Assembly (NCBI GenBank): GCA_040905425.1
Contig: JBBDRO010000011.1
Location: forward strand, 1 to 12,295
Source: Gemmatimonadota bacterium
GTDB taxonomy: Bacteria; Gemmatimonadota; Gemmatimonadetes; Longimicrobiales; RSA9
Reading direction: 5' to 3'
Length of the DNA stretch: 12,295 nucleotides
Shown here one piece after another: positions 1 through 8,359 of the stretch (its first letter is position 1; each line of letters opens with the position of its first letter). Both the position numbers and the translations under genes were made by a program. The notes beneath the pieces were generated by a model that was given only the letters and a program-made list of their open reading frames with translations, searched no databases and was not told the origin of the DNA.

Positions 1-2
1 AT

Positions 3-1649
3 CGGCGCCTCTCCGCCGAGCTCGAGCGCCGCGCCCGGGAGGAATTGCTTCGGGCCCCCATGGTGCTCGAGGACCGCAACGCGGCGCGGGCCGAGGCATT
101 GGCCATGCACGCGGATGTGGTGGCGGCGGCACCCGGCCTCTCCGCCGCCCTGCTGCGAGCCGACCGCGAGGCCGCCATCAGCATTGCCACGTCCGCCACC
201 GATTTCCCCGGGGAGGAGCCGGTCGTCGTGGGTCCGGACGGCGCCGTCTGGGTAGGCCCACCGGACGTGGCTGGGCTGCTGGACCGGGGCGCTGCGAACG
301 TTGCCGGCACCTTCGTGGACGGGAAGGGGGGGCCGCGCGCCATAGCCCTTGCCCCGGTCCCGGGCGCTGCGCCCGGAGCCGCCGGTGTGGCCGCGCCGCT
401 GGACGCCGCTTCCGCCGCCACCCTGGCCGCCCTCACGCGCTCCGCGGTAGCCGTCTTGACCCCGGGCGGCGGCGTGGCCGCCGCCACCGCCGACTCTGCG
501 CTGGCCGCGGGTGTGGCGCGCCTGGCCTCCCGGTGGGGTGCCGACAAGGTTGTGCACGAGGTAGCGGTGGCGGGATCGGCGCGCTGGATCGTGGTGGCGC
601 CGCTGGCCGGCGCGGGGAATGTCGCTTTCATCCGCACAGTGGACGAGGAGTTGGCGGCCATCCCGGGAATCCGGCGTTCGGCACTGGTGGCGGCACTCGT
701 GGCGCTCGCACTTGCAGTGCTGGTGGGCTCCCTGGTGGCCCTCCTGCTCGCGCGCCCGGTGCGGGCACTCGCGGGTGCAGCCGGGAAGCTGGCCGAGGGG
801 GACTTCGCAGCGCCACTGCCCCGGTCCGCCATCGTGGAGGTGCGGCGCATGGCGGCGGCCTTCGACAGTATGCGTGCGGCGCTGGCGGCCCGCCTGGCGG
901 AGCTGGGAACGGCCAACAGCACGCTGCAGGACCGGCAGGCCCGCCTGGAGGCGCTGCAGACGGAACTCATTCAGCAGGACCGGCTGGCCGCCAGCGGCAG
1001 ACTGGTGGCCGAACTGGCCCATGAGATCCGCAATCCACTGGCCAACGTGCGAAACTGCCTCGAGGTGGTCCGCCGCCGCCTCGCCACCGACCCGGAGGGC
1101 CGTGCTTTCGCCGACATGGCGGTGGACGAGTTGCTGCGCATGCATCGGCTCTCGGAGCAGCTCCTGGACCTCCATCGGCCTTCGGAGAACGAGGAGCAGA
1201 CGTGTGACGCGGCGGCCGTCCTCGAGGAAACGGCGGCACTGGCGCGGGCAGGAACGGGTGCCGGCGGCACCGTGCTCGTGGAAACGCCCGCCCACCTCCC
1301 GGTGTCCATTCCGCGCGATGCCTTGAAGCAGGTGCTCCTGAACCTCGTGGAAAACGCCCGCGAGGCCGCCGGCAGCACCGGCACCATCACGCTCCGGGCC
1401 ACGCCTGCGGATGGGCTGGCGCGCCTGGAAGTGCTGGACACGGGTCCCGGCATCCCCGAAGGCGTGCTGCCGCGCATGTTCGACCCCTTCTTTACCACCA
1501 AGGGCGCCGTGAGCGGTGTGGGGCTGGGGCTCTTCGTGGCGGAGGGGATTGCCCGTCGCTACGGCGGTCGGCTACAGGCCGGCAACCTGCGTGGCGGTGG
1601 CGCTCGCATGGTCCTGGAGCTGCTCCTGCCTGCGGCGGTGCCTTCATGA
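3..1649 (+). CDS. Sensor histidine kinase (extracytoplasmic region, TM, HAMP, HisKA, HATPase_c), 5'-partial
   Basis: Frame is open from base 3 (RRLSAELERRAREELLRAPM), so the true start and first TM probably lie upstream of the window. TM ALVAALVALALAVLVGSLVALLL is followed by a HAMP (RPVRALAGAAGKLAEGDF...EVRRMAAAFDSM). H-box LAHEIRNPL, N-box QVLLNLVEN, G1 DTGPGI, F-box FDPFFTTK, G2 GVGLGL. Confidence 0.95.
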   Translation, partial: RRLSAELERRAREELLRAPMVLEDRNAARAEALAMHADVVAAAPGLSAALLRADREAAISIATSATDFPGEEPVVVGPDGAVWVGPPDVAGLLDRGAANVAGTFVDGKGGPRAIALAPVPGAAPGAAGVAAPLDAASAATLAALTRSAVAVLTPGGGVAAATADSALAAGVARLASRWGADKVVHEVAVAGSARWIVVAPLAGAGNVAFIRTVDEELAAIPGIRRSALVAALVALALAVLVGSLVALLLARPVRALAGAAGKLAEGDFAAPLPRSAIVEVRRMAAAFDSMRAALAARLAELGTANSTLQDRQARLEALQTELIQQDRLAASGRLVAELAHEIRNPLANVRNCLEVVRRRLATDPEGRAFADMAVDELLRMHRLSEQLLDLHRPSENEEQTCDAAAVLEETAALARAGTGAGGTVLVETPAHLPVSIPRDALKQVLLNLVENAREAAGSTGTITLRATPADGLARLEVLDTGPGIPEGVLPRMFDPFFTTKGAVSGVGLGLFVAEGIARRYGGRLQAGNLRGGGARMVLELLLPAAVPS

Positions 1650-2983
1650 GCGCGCGCATCCTCGTGGTGGACGACGACCGCTCCTTCCGGCTATCCACCG
1701 CCGAGCTCCTCAGGCAGGACGGACACGCCGTGAGCGTGGCAGCGACCGGTGCGGAGGCGGCCAGTGCTCTCGAGGGCCAGCACTTCGACCTGCTCCTGCT
1801 GGACGTGCGTATGCCGGGCATCGACGGCGTGCGCCTGGTGGAGGTACTGCGCCGCCGCGGGCAGCGCATCCCCGTCCTCATGATCAGCGGCTACGCCACC
1901 GTGGCCATGGCTGTGGAGAGCCTGCACCTGGGCGCCGACGACTTTCTGACCAAGCCTGTAGACCCGGAGCAGCTCAGTGCCCGGGTGGCGGAGCTCCTGG
2001 CGCTGCGGCCCGTGGCGGATGGTCCCGCACCAGCGGGACTGGTGGGGTCGACCACCGGCCTGGCGGAGGTGGTGGAAGCGGTCCGGCGTGTGGCGCCTTC
2101 CGAGGCCACCGTCCTGGTCACGGGGGAGACGGGCACCGGAAAAGAGCTGGTTGCCCGCGCCGTCCATGACCTCTCCCCGAGGGCGGCCCGGCCCTTCGTT
2201 CCGGTGAACTGCGCCGCGCTGGCGGAGGGGCTCCTGGAGAGCGAGCTGTTCGGACACGTGCGCGGCGCCTTCACCGGTGCCGTAGCCGACAAGGAGGGGC
2301 TCTTCGCCGCGGCCCACGGCGGCACGCTGCTCCTGGACGAAGTGGGGGACATGAGCCTGCGCCTCCAGCAGCGCCTCCTGCGCGTCCTGCAGGAGCGGGA
2401 AGTGGTGCCGGTGGGCTCGTCGAAGGCACGGCCGGTGGACGTCCGCGTGGTGGCGGCAACGCATCGGGACCTGGCCGCGGAGGCTGCTGTGGGCCGCTTC
2501 CGCGAGGACCTCTACTACCGCCTCAACGTCTTTCGCATAAAGCTGCCTCCATTGCGAGAACGCCGGGAGGACATCCCCCTGCTGGTTAGCGCCGCCCTGC
2601 AGCGGTTGGCGGGTCGTTCGCCCGCGGGACAGGCGGAGGGTTGTTCGCCGCTTGCCATGCGAATACTCCGGGCGTACGCATGGCCCGGCAACGTGCGGCA
2701 GCTCTTCGCAGTGGTGGAGGCCGCGGTCATCCGCGCCGCAGGGGAGCGGGTTGAAGCGCAGCACCTGCCGCCGGAGCTGCGCGCCGCCGCGGCCGGTGAG
2801 GTCGAGGAGCGCTACAAGCCACCTGCGGACCAGGCGGCGGAGCGACGCGCCATCCTGGCCGCCCTGGCGGAGGCTGACGGCGTGCGCTCGCGGGCTGCCG
2901 ATCTCCTGGGCATGAGCCGAACCACGCTCTGGCGGCGGATGCGCGCCTACGGCATCGGGGACGAAGAAGCGCCCACGCCGTGA
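1646..2983 (+). CDS. Sigma-54-dependent response regulator (NtrC/AtoC/ZraR family: REC, AAA+, Fis-type HTH)
   Basis: REC motifs ILVVDDD, LLLDVRMPGIDG and KP; Walker A GETGTGKE; ESELFGHVRGAFTGA loop; Walker B LLLDEVGDM; FREDLYYRLNV; WPGNVR; C-terminal HTH AADLLGMSRTTLWRRM. ATGA overlap with the kinase stop. Confidence 0.97.
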   Translation: MSARILVVDDDRSFRLSTAELLRQDGHAVSVAATGAEAASALEGQHFDLLLLDVRMPGIDGVRLVEVLRRRGQRIPVLMISGYATVAMAVESLHLGADDFLTKPVDPEQLSARVAELLALRPVADGPAPAGLVGSTTGLAEVVEAVRRVAPSEATVLVTGETGTGKELVARAVHDLSPRAARPFVPVNCAALAEGLLESELFGHVRGAFTGAVADKEGLFAAAHGGTLLLDEVGDMSLRLQQRLLRVLQEREVVPVGSSKARPVDVRVVAATHRDLAAEAAVGRFREDLYYRLNVFRIKLPPLRERREDIPLLVSAALQRLAGRSPAGQAEGCSPLAMRILRAYAWPGNVRQLFAVVEAAVIRAAGERVEAQHLPPELRAAAAGEVEERYKPPADQAAERRAILAALAEADGVRSRAADLLGMSRTTLWRRMRAYGIGDEEAPTP

Positions 2984-3179
2984 CGCCCGGGCGCTGCGGC
3001 CGGCTGCGCCGAGGACTCGCGCGCTCAGCAGTGTCCTACGCGCGCCCACGCCCAGCCGGGGTTACCTTCCCCCAGCGCATCGGGGCGGGCACCGCTTCGA
3101 TGCCGTTTGCATTCGCCGCGAGGGGCGGACGCCCGATGGGGTGGACCGCCGGCGGCAGGACCCGAGCGGGAGGGGTGGA

Positions 3180-3938
3180 ATGGCCAAGCGACAGAATTTT
3201 GGCTTTCAGAAGCGCCAGAAGGAAGCCGACAAGCAGAAGAAGAAGGAAGAGAAGGCGGAGCGGAAGCGGGCGCGCCGGGAGGAAGCCGACGACGGCGCGA
3301 CCGGCACGCAGGAGGGTGCCGAGGCGGACGAGGAGTCGGACCCAGCGGCCCAGGCCCGCCTGGAGCCGGAGCTGGCCACGCGCCTCGAAGCGCTCTGCGA
3401 GGCGGGGTGGGATCTGTGGGACCGCTTCGATAACCAGGTGCGGCGCCAGGCTTTTCATCCCTTCGTGGCGGCGGATTATCCGGAGGTTCTGGAAGCGCTG
3501 ATCCCGCTCAGGGCGCCCGGCCTCCGCTTCCTGGAATGGGGCTCGGCAACGGGCGTCATCACCATCATGGCGGATCTCCTGGGCTTCGACGCCTACGGGA
3601 TCGAACTCGATCCGGCCCTGGTCGACCAGGCCCGCGAGCTGGCGCGGGTCACCGGCTCGGGTGCCACGTTCACCGCCGGCAGTTTCACCCCCACCGGCTA
3701 CCGCTGGCGCGACAGCAGCGGAGACGAACGCCTGGGCACCATCGGGCACGGCGAATCCGGCTACCTGCAGCTCGGCATGGCGCTCGAGGAGTTCGACGTG
3801 GTGTTCGGCTATCCGTGGCCCGGCGAGGCACCCATGATGCTCGATCTCATGCGTGTCCACGGGCGCCCGGATGCGGTTTTCCTGCTCCACGGTACCGACG
3901 GAGTCCAGTTGTACAGACGCGGCCGGGCAGTCGCATGA
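3180..3938 (+). CDS. Class I SAM-dependent methyltransferase with Lys/Arg-rich then acidic N-terminal extension (252 aa)
   Basis: GGAGG at about 3169-3173 precedes ATG 3180. SAM motif I RFLEWGSATG, post-I AYGIELDPAL, motif FDVVFGYPWP. Substrate unknown. Confidence 0.85.
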   Translation: MAKRQNFGFQKRQKEADKQKKKEEKAERKRARREEADDGATGTQEGAEADEESDPAAQARLEPELATRLEALCEAGWDLWDRFDNQVRRQAFHPFVAADYPEVLEALIPLRAPGLRFLEWGSATGVITIMADLLGFDAYGIELDPALVDQARELARVTGSGATFTAGSFTPTGYRWRDSSGDERLGTIGHGESGYLQLGMALEEFDVVFGYPWPGEAPMMLDLMRVHGRPDAVFLLHGTDGVQLYRRGRAVA

Positions 3939-4069
3939 GACGGCCGTGATGGCATCGGGAGGACTGGCCATCCCCGGCATGATGTGCTTTTGCCTGGCCG
4001 GGTTCCCAACGCGCCACCGGGAAGGGTGCCGGGCTACCGTCGCTTACTCTGAAACATGGTCATGGCCAG

Positions 4070-4093
4070 TTTTCAAGGAAAATGACTTGACAA
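4070..4093. promoter_or_regulatory. Inverted repeat TTTTCAAG-N8-CTTGACAA, candidate operator
   Basis: Arms 4070-4077 and 4086-4093 are 7/8 complementary. The right arm overlaps the -35 box, upstream of an HTH regulator gene. Confidence 0.55.
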
Positions 4094-4115
4094 ACCACGG
4101 ACCGTAGCCGATTAT
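4087..4115 (+). promoter_or_regulatory. Putative sigma-70 promoter of the 4203-9189 operon
   Basis: Perfect -35 TTGACA (4087-4092), 17-bp spacer, -10-like GATTAT (4110-4115, 4/6 match), in a locally AT-richer intergenic stretch. Confidence 0.6.
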
Positions 4116-4202
4116 CCTGTCTGGGCGGGCTGACATCGGACCGGAGACAGGGATGCAGAGGCGGCATGGCCGGGCAGGGGACGGGACCTCGGAGGCGTGG
4201 GC

Positions 4203-4865
4203 GTGAGTCCGCGTGGGGCGGGGCGCGACCTGAACGCGCCGGGCATGGGAGAGAGCCGCCGGGCCATCCTCTCGCTGCTGAAGGAGGGAGGCGCGGCCAC
4301 CGTTCCCGCCCTGGCCGAGCGGGTGGGGTTGAACATCGAGACGGTGCGCGCCCATCTGAAGGTGCTGCGGGGGCAGGGCCTGGTGGAGCGGGAGGGTACA
4401 CGCAGCCATGGCCCCGGCCGGCCCGAGGTGATCTACGACATCACGACCGCCGCCGAGGCGCTTTTCCCGCGCCGCGAGGCCCAGGTGCTGAAGGAACTGG
4501 CCGCCTTCCTGAAGGAGACGGGCCGCGCCTCGGCGCTGGACGAATTCTTCGACCGCTACATCGACGAGCGGCGCGCCGAATCGCTGGCGCGCGTGGCGGG
4601 CCTGGAGGGTCGCGCCCGGCTGCGCGAGGCGGCGCGCATCCTCTCCGAGCAGGGCTTCATGGCGGTGGTCGAGGAGACCGATGATCAGCCCCGCCTGCGC
4701 CTCTGCCACTGCCCGCTCCGGGAGCTGGTCGAGGTGTCGAAGGTGCCGTGCCGGGCGGAGGTGGGCTTCGTGCGCGAGCTGATCGGCGAGCGTCTGACGC
4801 GGGTCAGCTACATCCCGGCGGGCGACCCAGCGTGTTCGTACGCCCAGGGGGAGGACACGTGTTGA
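4203..4865 (+). CDS. SufR-like winged-HTH transcriptional regulator with Cys-rich C-terminal (putative Fe-S/metal) domain
   Basis: [27 protein letters not shown] and wing GPGRPEVIY, then FPRR. C-terminal LCHCP-x11-C-x2-E-x24-C. GGAGG at 4191-4195 is 7 nt before GTG 4203; alternative starts are 4197 and 4245. Confidence 0.85.
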   Translation: MSPRGAGRDLNAPGMGESRRAILSLLKEGGAATVPALAERVGLNIETVRAHLKVLRGQGLVEREGTRSHGPGRPEVIYDITTAAEALFPRREAQVLKELAAFLKETGRASALDEFFDRYIDERRAESLARVAGLEGRARLREAARILSEQGFMAVVEETDDQPRLRLCHCPLRELVEVSKVPCRAEVGFVRELIGERLTRVSYIPAGDPACSYAQGEDTC

Positions 4866-6142
4866 CCGCGCCGCCCGGTGTGGCCCGCGGTGCCGCGGGA
4901 ACGGCCGCCAGCAAGGCGCCTCCCTTCCTGCTGCCCGGCTCGCACTTCGCGGCCGCGCTGGGCTTCCTGGCGTGCGGGTCGGTGGGTCTCGTGGTGGCCG
5001 CTCCCTATCTGGCCGACGGCTTCTTCGCGGCGCAGCGGGTGGTGGCGGTGGCGCACCTCTTCACCCTGGGCTGGATCACGACATCGATCATGGGCGCCCT
5101 CTACCAGTTTTTGCCGGTGGCGCTCGGGGAGCCGATCCGCTCCGTACGGCTGGCTCAAGCGACGTTCGCGCTCTACGTCCCCGGGCTCGCCGCGTTCATC
5201 GCCGGTCTGCTGTTCAGCGCGTCCGGCCTCATGCTGCTCGGCGCCGCCACCTTCGGGGTCGGCGTCCTGCTCTTCGTGGGCAACCTGGCGGCCACGCTCG
5301 CGCGGGCAAAGCAGCGGGACGTGACCTGGTGGGCGCTGACCGGCGCGGCCTTCTTCCTGGTGGTGACGCTGGTCCTGGGGCTGGCACTCACCGGCAACCT
5401 GCGTTGGGGCTACCTGGGTGGCGGACGCTTCAATGCGGTGGGTGTGCACCTGCACGTGGCGCTGGCGGGCTGGGTGCTGCTGGTGATGGTGGGCGTGGCG
5501 CACCGGCTGTTGCCCATGTTCCTGCTGAGTCACGGCGCCGGCCAGGGCTTCGCGCGGGCCGCGGTGGCACTGCTGGCTGCGGGCGCGGCTGTGCTGGCCT
5601 TCCTGCATCACGCGCCGCCGCTCGTGAGCCGCTGGCTACCGGCCGCGCTGCTGGCGGGCGGCCTGCTCTGCTTTCTGATTCAGGCGCGCAGCTTTTATCG
5701 GTATCGCCAGCGGCCGGCGCTGGACCCGGGCATGCGCCTGGCCGCGGCGGCGCTCGGCCTGCTGGCCACCGCCATGGCGTTCGCGGGGCCGGTGGTGGTG
5801 GGCGTGGCCACGCCGCGCCTGGCCACCGCGTACGTGCTGGCCGTGGTGCTGGGCATCAGCCTCTTCGTGGCGGCCCACTACTACAAGATCGTGCCCTTCC
5901 TGATCTGGTACCATCGCTTCGGGCCGCTGGCCGGCAAGCGGGCCGTGCCGACGGTGGCCCAGCTCTACTCGGGGCGCGCGGCCACGCTGGCCGCTGGCCT
6001 CATGGTGACGGGCGCGGCCGCCCTCACGGCCGCCGTGGCGTACGGCTCCGCGGGCGGCGCCCGCGCGGCCGCCACCGTCTTCACGGCCGGGGTGGCCGTG
6101 GAGCTCTTCCAGATGCTCGCGCTGGCCAGGACACGACCATGA
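4859..6142 (+). CDS. Polytopic (~12 TM) membrane protein with repeated His-x-LGW/GW motifs; distant heme-copper oxidase subunit I/NnrS-like
   Basis: About 12 hydrophobic segments. Motifs [47 protein letters not shown] and [18 protein letters not shown] at 4850-4854; start is GTG 4859 or TTG 4862, overlapping the upstream stop. Confidence 0.75.
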   Translation: MLTAPPGVARGAAGTAASKAPPFLLPGSHFAAALGFLACGSVGLVVAAPYLADGFFAAQRVVAVAHLFTLGWITTSIMGALYQFLPVALGEPIRSVRLAQATFALYVPGLAAFIAGLLFSASGLMLLGAATFGVGVLLFVGNLAATLARAKQRDVTWWALTGAAFFLVVTLVLGLALTGNLRWGYLGGGRFNAVGVHLHVALAGWVLLVMVGVAHRLLPMFLLSHGAGQGFARAAVALLAAGAAVLAFLHHAPPLVSRWLPAALLAGGLLCFLIQARSFYRYRQRPALDPGMRLAAAALGLLATAMAFAGPVVVGVATPRLATAYVLAVVLGISLFVAAHYYKIVPFLIWYHRFGPLAGKRAVPTVAQLYSGRAATLAAGLMVTGAAALTAAVAYGSAGGARAAATVFTAGVAVELFQMLALARTRP

Positions 6143-6426
6143 CCGCGCTGAACGAAGCCCTCGTGCGGGACGCCCTGGGCACCGTGATCGACCCCGAGAT
6201 CGGGCTGGACATCATCACGCTGGGCCTGGTCTACGACGTGGATGTAACGGAGGAAAAGGTGCGCGTGACCTACAGCCTCACGACGCGCGGCTGTCCGCTG
6301 GAGGAACACATCACGAGCTGCATCCGGCAGGCTGTGGAGCGAATTCCCGGTGTGCGCGTGGTGGAGCCGAACCTGGTCTGGGAGCCGGCCTGGCATCCGG
6401 GCATGATCAAGGAGGACGCATGGTGA
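6139..6426 (+). CDS. DUF59 / SufT-PaaD-like metal-sulfur cluster assembly factor (95 aa)
   Basis: [34 protein letters not shown]...SLTTRGCP...[11 protein letters not shown] carries the DPE...T-x3-CP and W-x-P-x-W DUF59 signature. ATGA overlap with the upstream gene. Hidden at the end of the 4972..6426 ORF in the track. Confidence 0.92.
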   Translation: MTALNEALVRDALGTVIDPEIGLDIITLGLVYDVDVTEEKVRVTYSLTTRGCPLEEHITSCIRQAVERIPGVRVVEPNLVWEPAWHPGMIKEDAW

Positions 6427-7091
6427 GACTCGAAGATAACCGGCCCGCCGCGCTCGCGGCCATTCCGCCGGAGCACATCGTGGAGCTGGACGTGCGCGAG
6501 GATCTGCGCAATGGCCAGGAGCCCTTCAGCCGCATCATGGCCGCGCGCTGGGAGGTACCACCGGGCGGCGCCCTCCGGCTGCGCGCCATCTTCGAGCCGG
6601 TGCCGCTCTACGGGGTGCTGGGCAAGCAGGGGCTCACCCACCACACGGAGCAGCTTGGTCCCGACGACTGGCAGGTGTGGTTCTACGCCGGGGAAGACGA
6701 GCACGTGGACGCGGCACCGTCCCCGGCGCGGGCTGGCGCCGATGCGGGGGCGGCTGCCCAGGCACCCGCTGGCGCCGATGCAGAGGCGCCCGCCGCAGGG
6801 CTGGCTGGCGCGGATCACGGCGCGGATGCAGCGGGCGCCACGGCAACCGCGGACCCTGCCGACAACGGTGTGCAGGTACTGGACGTCCGCGGCCTGGAGC
6901 CGCCCGAGCCCATGGTGCGCACCCTGGCCGCGCTGGAGGCGTTGCCGCCCGACGGCACGCTCGTTCAGCTCAATGTCCGCGTGCCACGCTTCCTGTTGCC
7001 CCAGCTGGAGGAGCGCGGTTTCTCCTGGGAGATCCGCGAGCAGGCTCCGGATCTGGTACGGCTCTTCATCCGCCGGGCTCCATCCGCGTGA
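6420..7091 (+). CDS. Tandem DUF2249 (TusA/SirA-like fold) protein with Ala-rich linker
   Basis: Domain 1: [18 protein letters not shown]...FEPVPLY...WQVWF. Domain 2: [22 protein letters not shown]...[21 protein letters not shown] precedes the start; 7-nt overlap with the DUF59 gene. Confidence 0.85.
   Translation: MVRLEDNRPAALAAIPPEHIVELDVREDLRNGQEPFSRIMAARWEVPPGGALRLRAIFEPVPLYGVLGKQGLTHHTEQLGPDDWQVWFYAGEDEHVDAAPSPARAGADAGAAAQAPAGADAEAPAAGLAGADHGADAAGATATADPADNGVQVLDVRGLEPPEPMVRTLAALEALPPDGTLVQLNVRVPRFLLPQLEERGFSWEIREQAPDLVRLFIRRAPSA
6732..6830 (+). repeat. Degenerate 36-nt-period intragenic repeat encoding AGAD-containing linker
   Basis: GCTGGCGC(C/G)GAT recurs at 6732, 6768 and 6804, with a partial GGCGCGGAT at 6819. 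Confidence 0.65.
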
Positions 7092-7134
7092 GCCGGCCAT
7101 CGATCACGACCTGAGAACGAGTGAGGTAGACGCC

Positions 7135-7371
7135 ATGACCAACGCGCGCATCCTGGACGTACGCGTGATCCCACCCCGGGAGAAGCACCCCGCCATCTTC
7201 CAGACCTTCGGCGCGTTGGAGGAGGGGGAGTCCTTCGTCCTGGTCAACGACCACGATCCTAAGCCCCTCCGCTACCAGTTCGACTACGAGCACACCGGCC
7301 AGTTCGGCTGGGAATACCTCGATGAGGGTCCCACGGTCTGGCGGGTGGAAATCTCCAGGAAGGGCGCCTGA
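7135..7371 (+). CDS. Single-domain DUF2249 protein (78 aa)
   Basis: MTNARILDVRVIPPREKHPAIFQTFGALEEGESFVLVNDHDPKPLRYQF...WEYLDEGPTVWRVEISR, a classic DUF2249 pattern. GAGG RBS precedes ATG 7135. Confidence 0.92.
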   Translation: MTNARILDVRVIPPREKHPAIFQTFGALEEGESFVLVNDHDPKPLRYQFDYEHTGQFGWEYLDEGPTVWRVEISRKGA

Positions 7372-8111
7372 TGCGGCTGGGCCTGAGTTCCGCAGCCGCC
7401 CCCGACGCCGGCCTGGACGAGCTCCTGGCCATCTGCGCGCGGCGCGGCCTGGCGGCGCTCGACCTGTGCGTGGGGGACGCGCACGGCGTGGAGGGCCCCA
7501 TGTACGGGCTGAGCGGCGCCGCGGCGGCGGAGCGGGCGCGCGGCGCTGGCGTGTTGGTGAGCGCATTCCGCTCCGGCGGTGAGGGCCAGGACCTGCGTGC
7601 CGCGCCGGTGGCCGCCGCGGCGGGCGCCCCGGTACTGGTGGGCGGCGGGCCGAGCATGGCCGCGCGCGTGCGGCGGGCGCACGCGGTCGCCGCCCGGGGT
7701 GCGGGAGCCGCGGTCGTGCTGGACGGGGAGGTCTCCACCGCCGATCTGGAAGTGGCCCTGACCGCCGATCTCGAGCTGGCCTGGGACGTGGACGTACCCG
7801 GCGGGTCGGTGGGCGGCGCCGCCGAGCGCATCATGCGCATAGCCGGCGGCCGCCTGCGCCACATCCGTATCCTGGGGGGTGGCCCGGAAGCGGCCATGCA
7901 GGAGGGCCAAGGCGTGGGTGAACTGATGAGTCGACTCGCGCTGGCGGGCTATGACGGGACGGTGATCCTGGCCCCCAGCTCCAGTCGTTACCGGGTGGCG
8001 TGGCAACACTGGCTCGGCCGACGCGGCGGTTGGGGGTGCGGGAGCAAGTCGGCGGATCCATCACTCGTTTCTCTGGACGGCCCGTTGCTGGGCGTGGGCG
8101 GTGGCGCATGA
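7371..8111 (+). CDS. Degenerate xylose isomerase-like / AP-endonuclease-2 TIM-barrel protein with C-terminal WGCGSK motif
   Basis: N-terminus MRLGLSSAAAPDAGLDELLAICARRGLAALDL...HG, LAWDV, LRHIRI, GQG and LAGYDGTVIL follow the sugar-phosphate isomerase/epimerase pattern. TGATG and ATGA overlaps with both neighbours. Confidence 0.65.
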   Translation: MRLGLSSAAAPDAGLDELLAICARRGLAALDLCVGDAHGVEGPMYGLSGAAAAERARGAGVLVSAFRSGGEGQDLRAAPVAAAAGAPVLVGGGPSMAARVRRAHAVAARGAGAAVVLDGEVSTADLEVALTADLELAWDVDVPGGSVGGAAERIMRIAGGRLRHIRILGGGPEAAMQEGQGVGELMSRLALAGYDGTVILAPSSSRYRVAWQHWLGRRGGWGCGSKSADPSLVSLDGPLLGVGGGA

Positions 8112-8359
8112 GCACTGTCGTGGCGCTGGACGTGCGGCCGGTAGAGCCGAAGGACCGCTTCGAGCGGATCATGGCGGCCTACGAGGCGCTCGCCGGAGAT
8201 GAGACCCTCGAGCTCACGGTGGATCACGACCCGAAGTGCATGTACTACACCCTCAAGGCCACCCGGGGAGACCACGCCTTCACCTTCGAGTACGTGGACG
8301 AAGGTCCGGAGACGTGGCGGGTGCTGGTGCGCAGGACGCCGGACGGGGAGGGGAGCTGA
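8108..8359 (+). CDS. Single-domain DUF2249 protein (83 aa), Cys-containing variant
   Basis: MSTVVALDVRPVEPKDRFERIMAAYEALAGDETLELTVDHDPKCMYYTL...FEYVDEGPETWRVLVRR aligns by eye with the 7135 protein. ATGA overlap. Confidence 0.88.
   Translation: MSTVVALDVRPVEPKDRFERIMAAYEALAGDETLELTVDHDPKCMYYTLKATRGDHAFTFEYVDEGPETWRVLVRRTPDGEGS

Noticed and set aside
1691..3049. 452-aa minus-strand ORF, and similar long antisense or alternate-frame ORFs (3036-3980, 4808-5611, 10285-11661, 10519-11778)
   Set aside because: Shadows of well-supported genes in high-GC DNA, with Arg/Gly/Pro-rich composition and no motifs.
2984..3179. Sigma-54 promoter, terminator or the 173-aa ORF 2980..3501 after the response regulator
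   Set aside because: GGCAC...TGC spacing is wrong on both strands, hairpins are weak GC-rich matches with no U-tract, and the ORF is an off-frame overlap of the methyltransferase.
4073..4100. FNR/DNR box in the operon promoter
   Set aside because: Orientation and spacing (TCAAG-N8-CTTGA) do not fit TTGAT-N4-ATCAA.
4972..6138. N-terminal ~390 aa of the 484-aa ORF 4972..6426
   Set aside because: Off-frame overlap with the membrane gene; only the DUF59 part from ATG 6139 is protein-like. The same applies to the upstream extensions of ORFs 6511, 8000, 8236, 4748 and 11667.
4859..6142. Bona fide cbb3 oxidase subunit I (ccoN) or NO reductase (norB)
   Set aside because: Full six-His ligand pattern not recognisable and no partner cytochrome subunits; only a distant fold resemblance is supportable.
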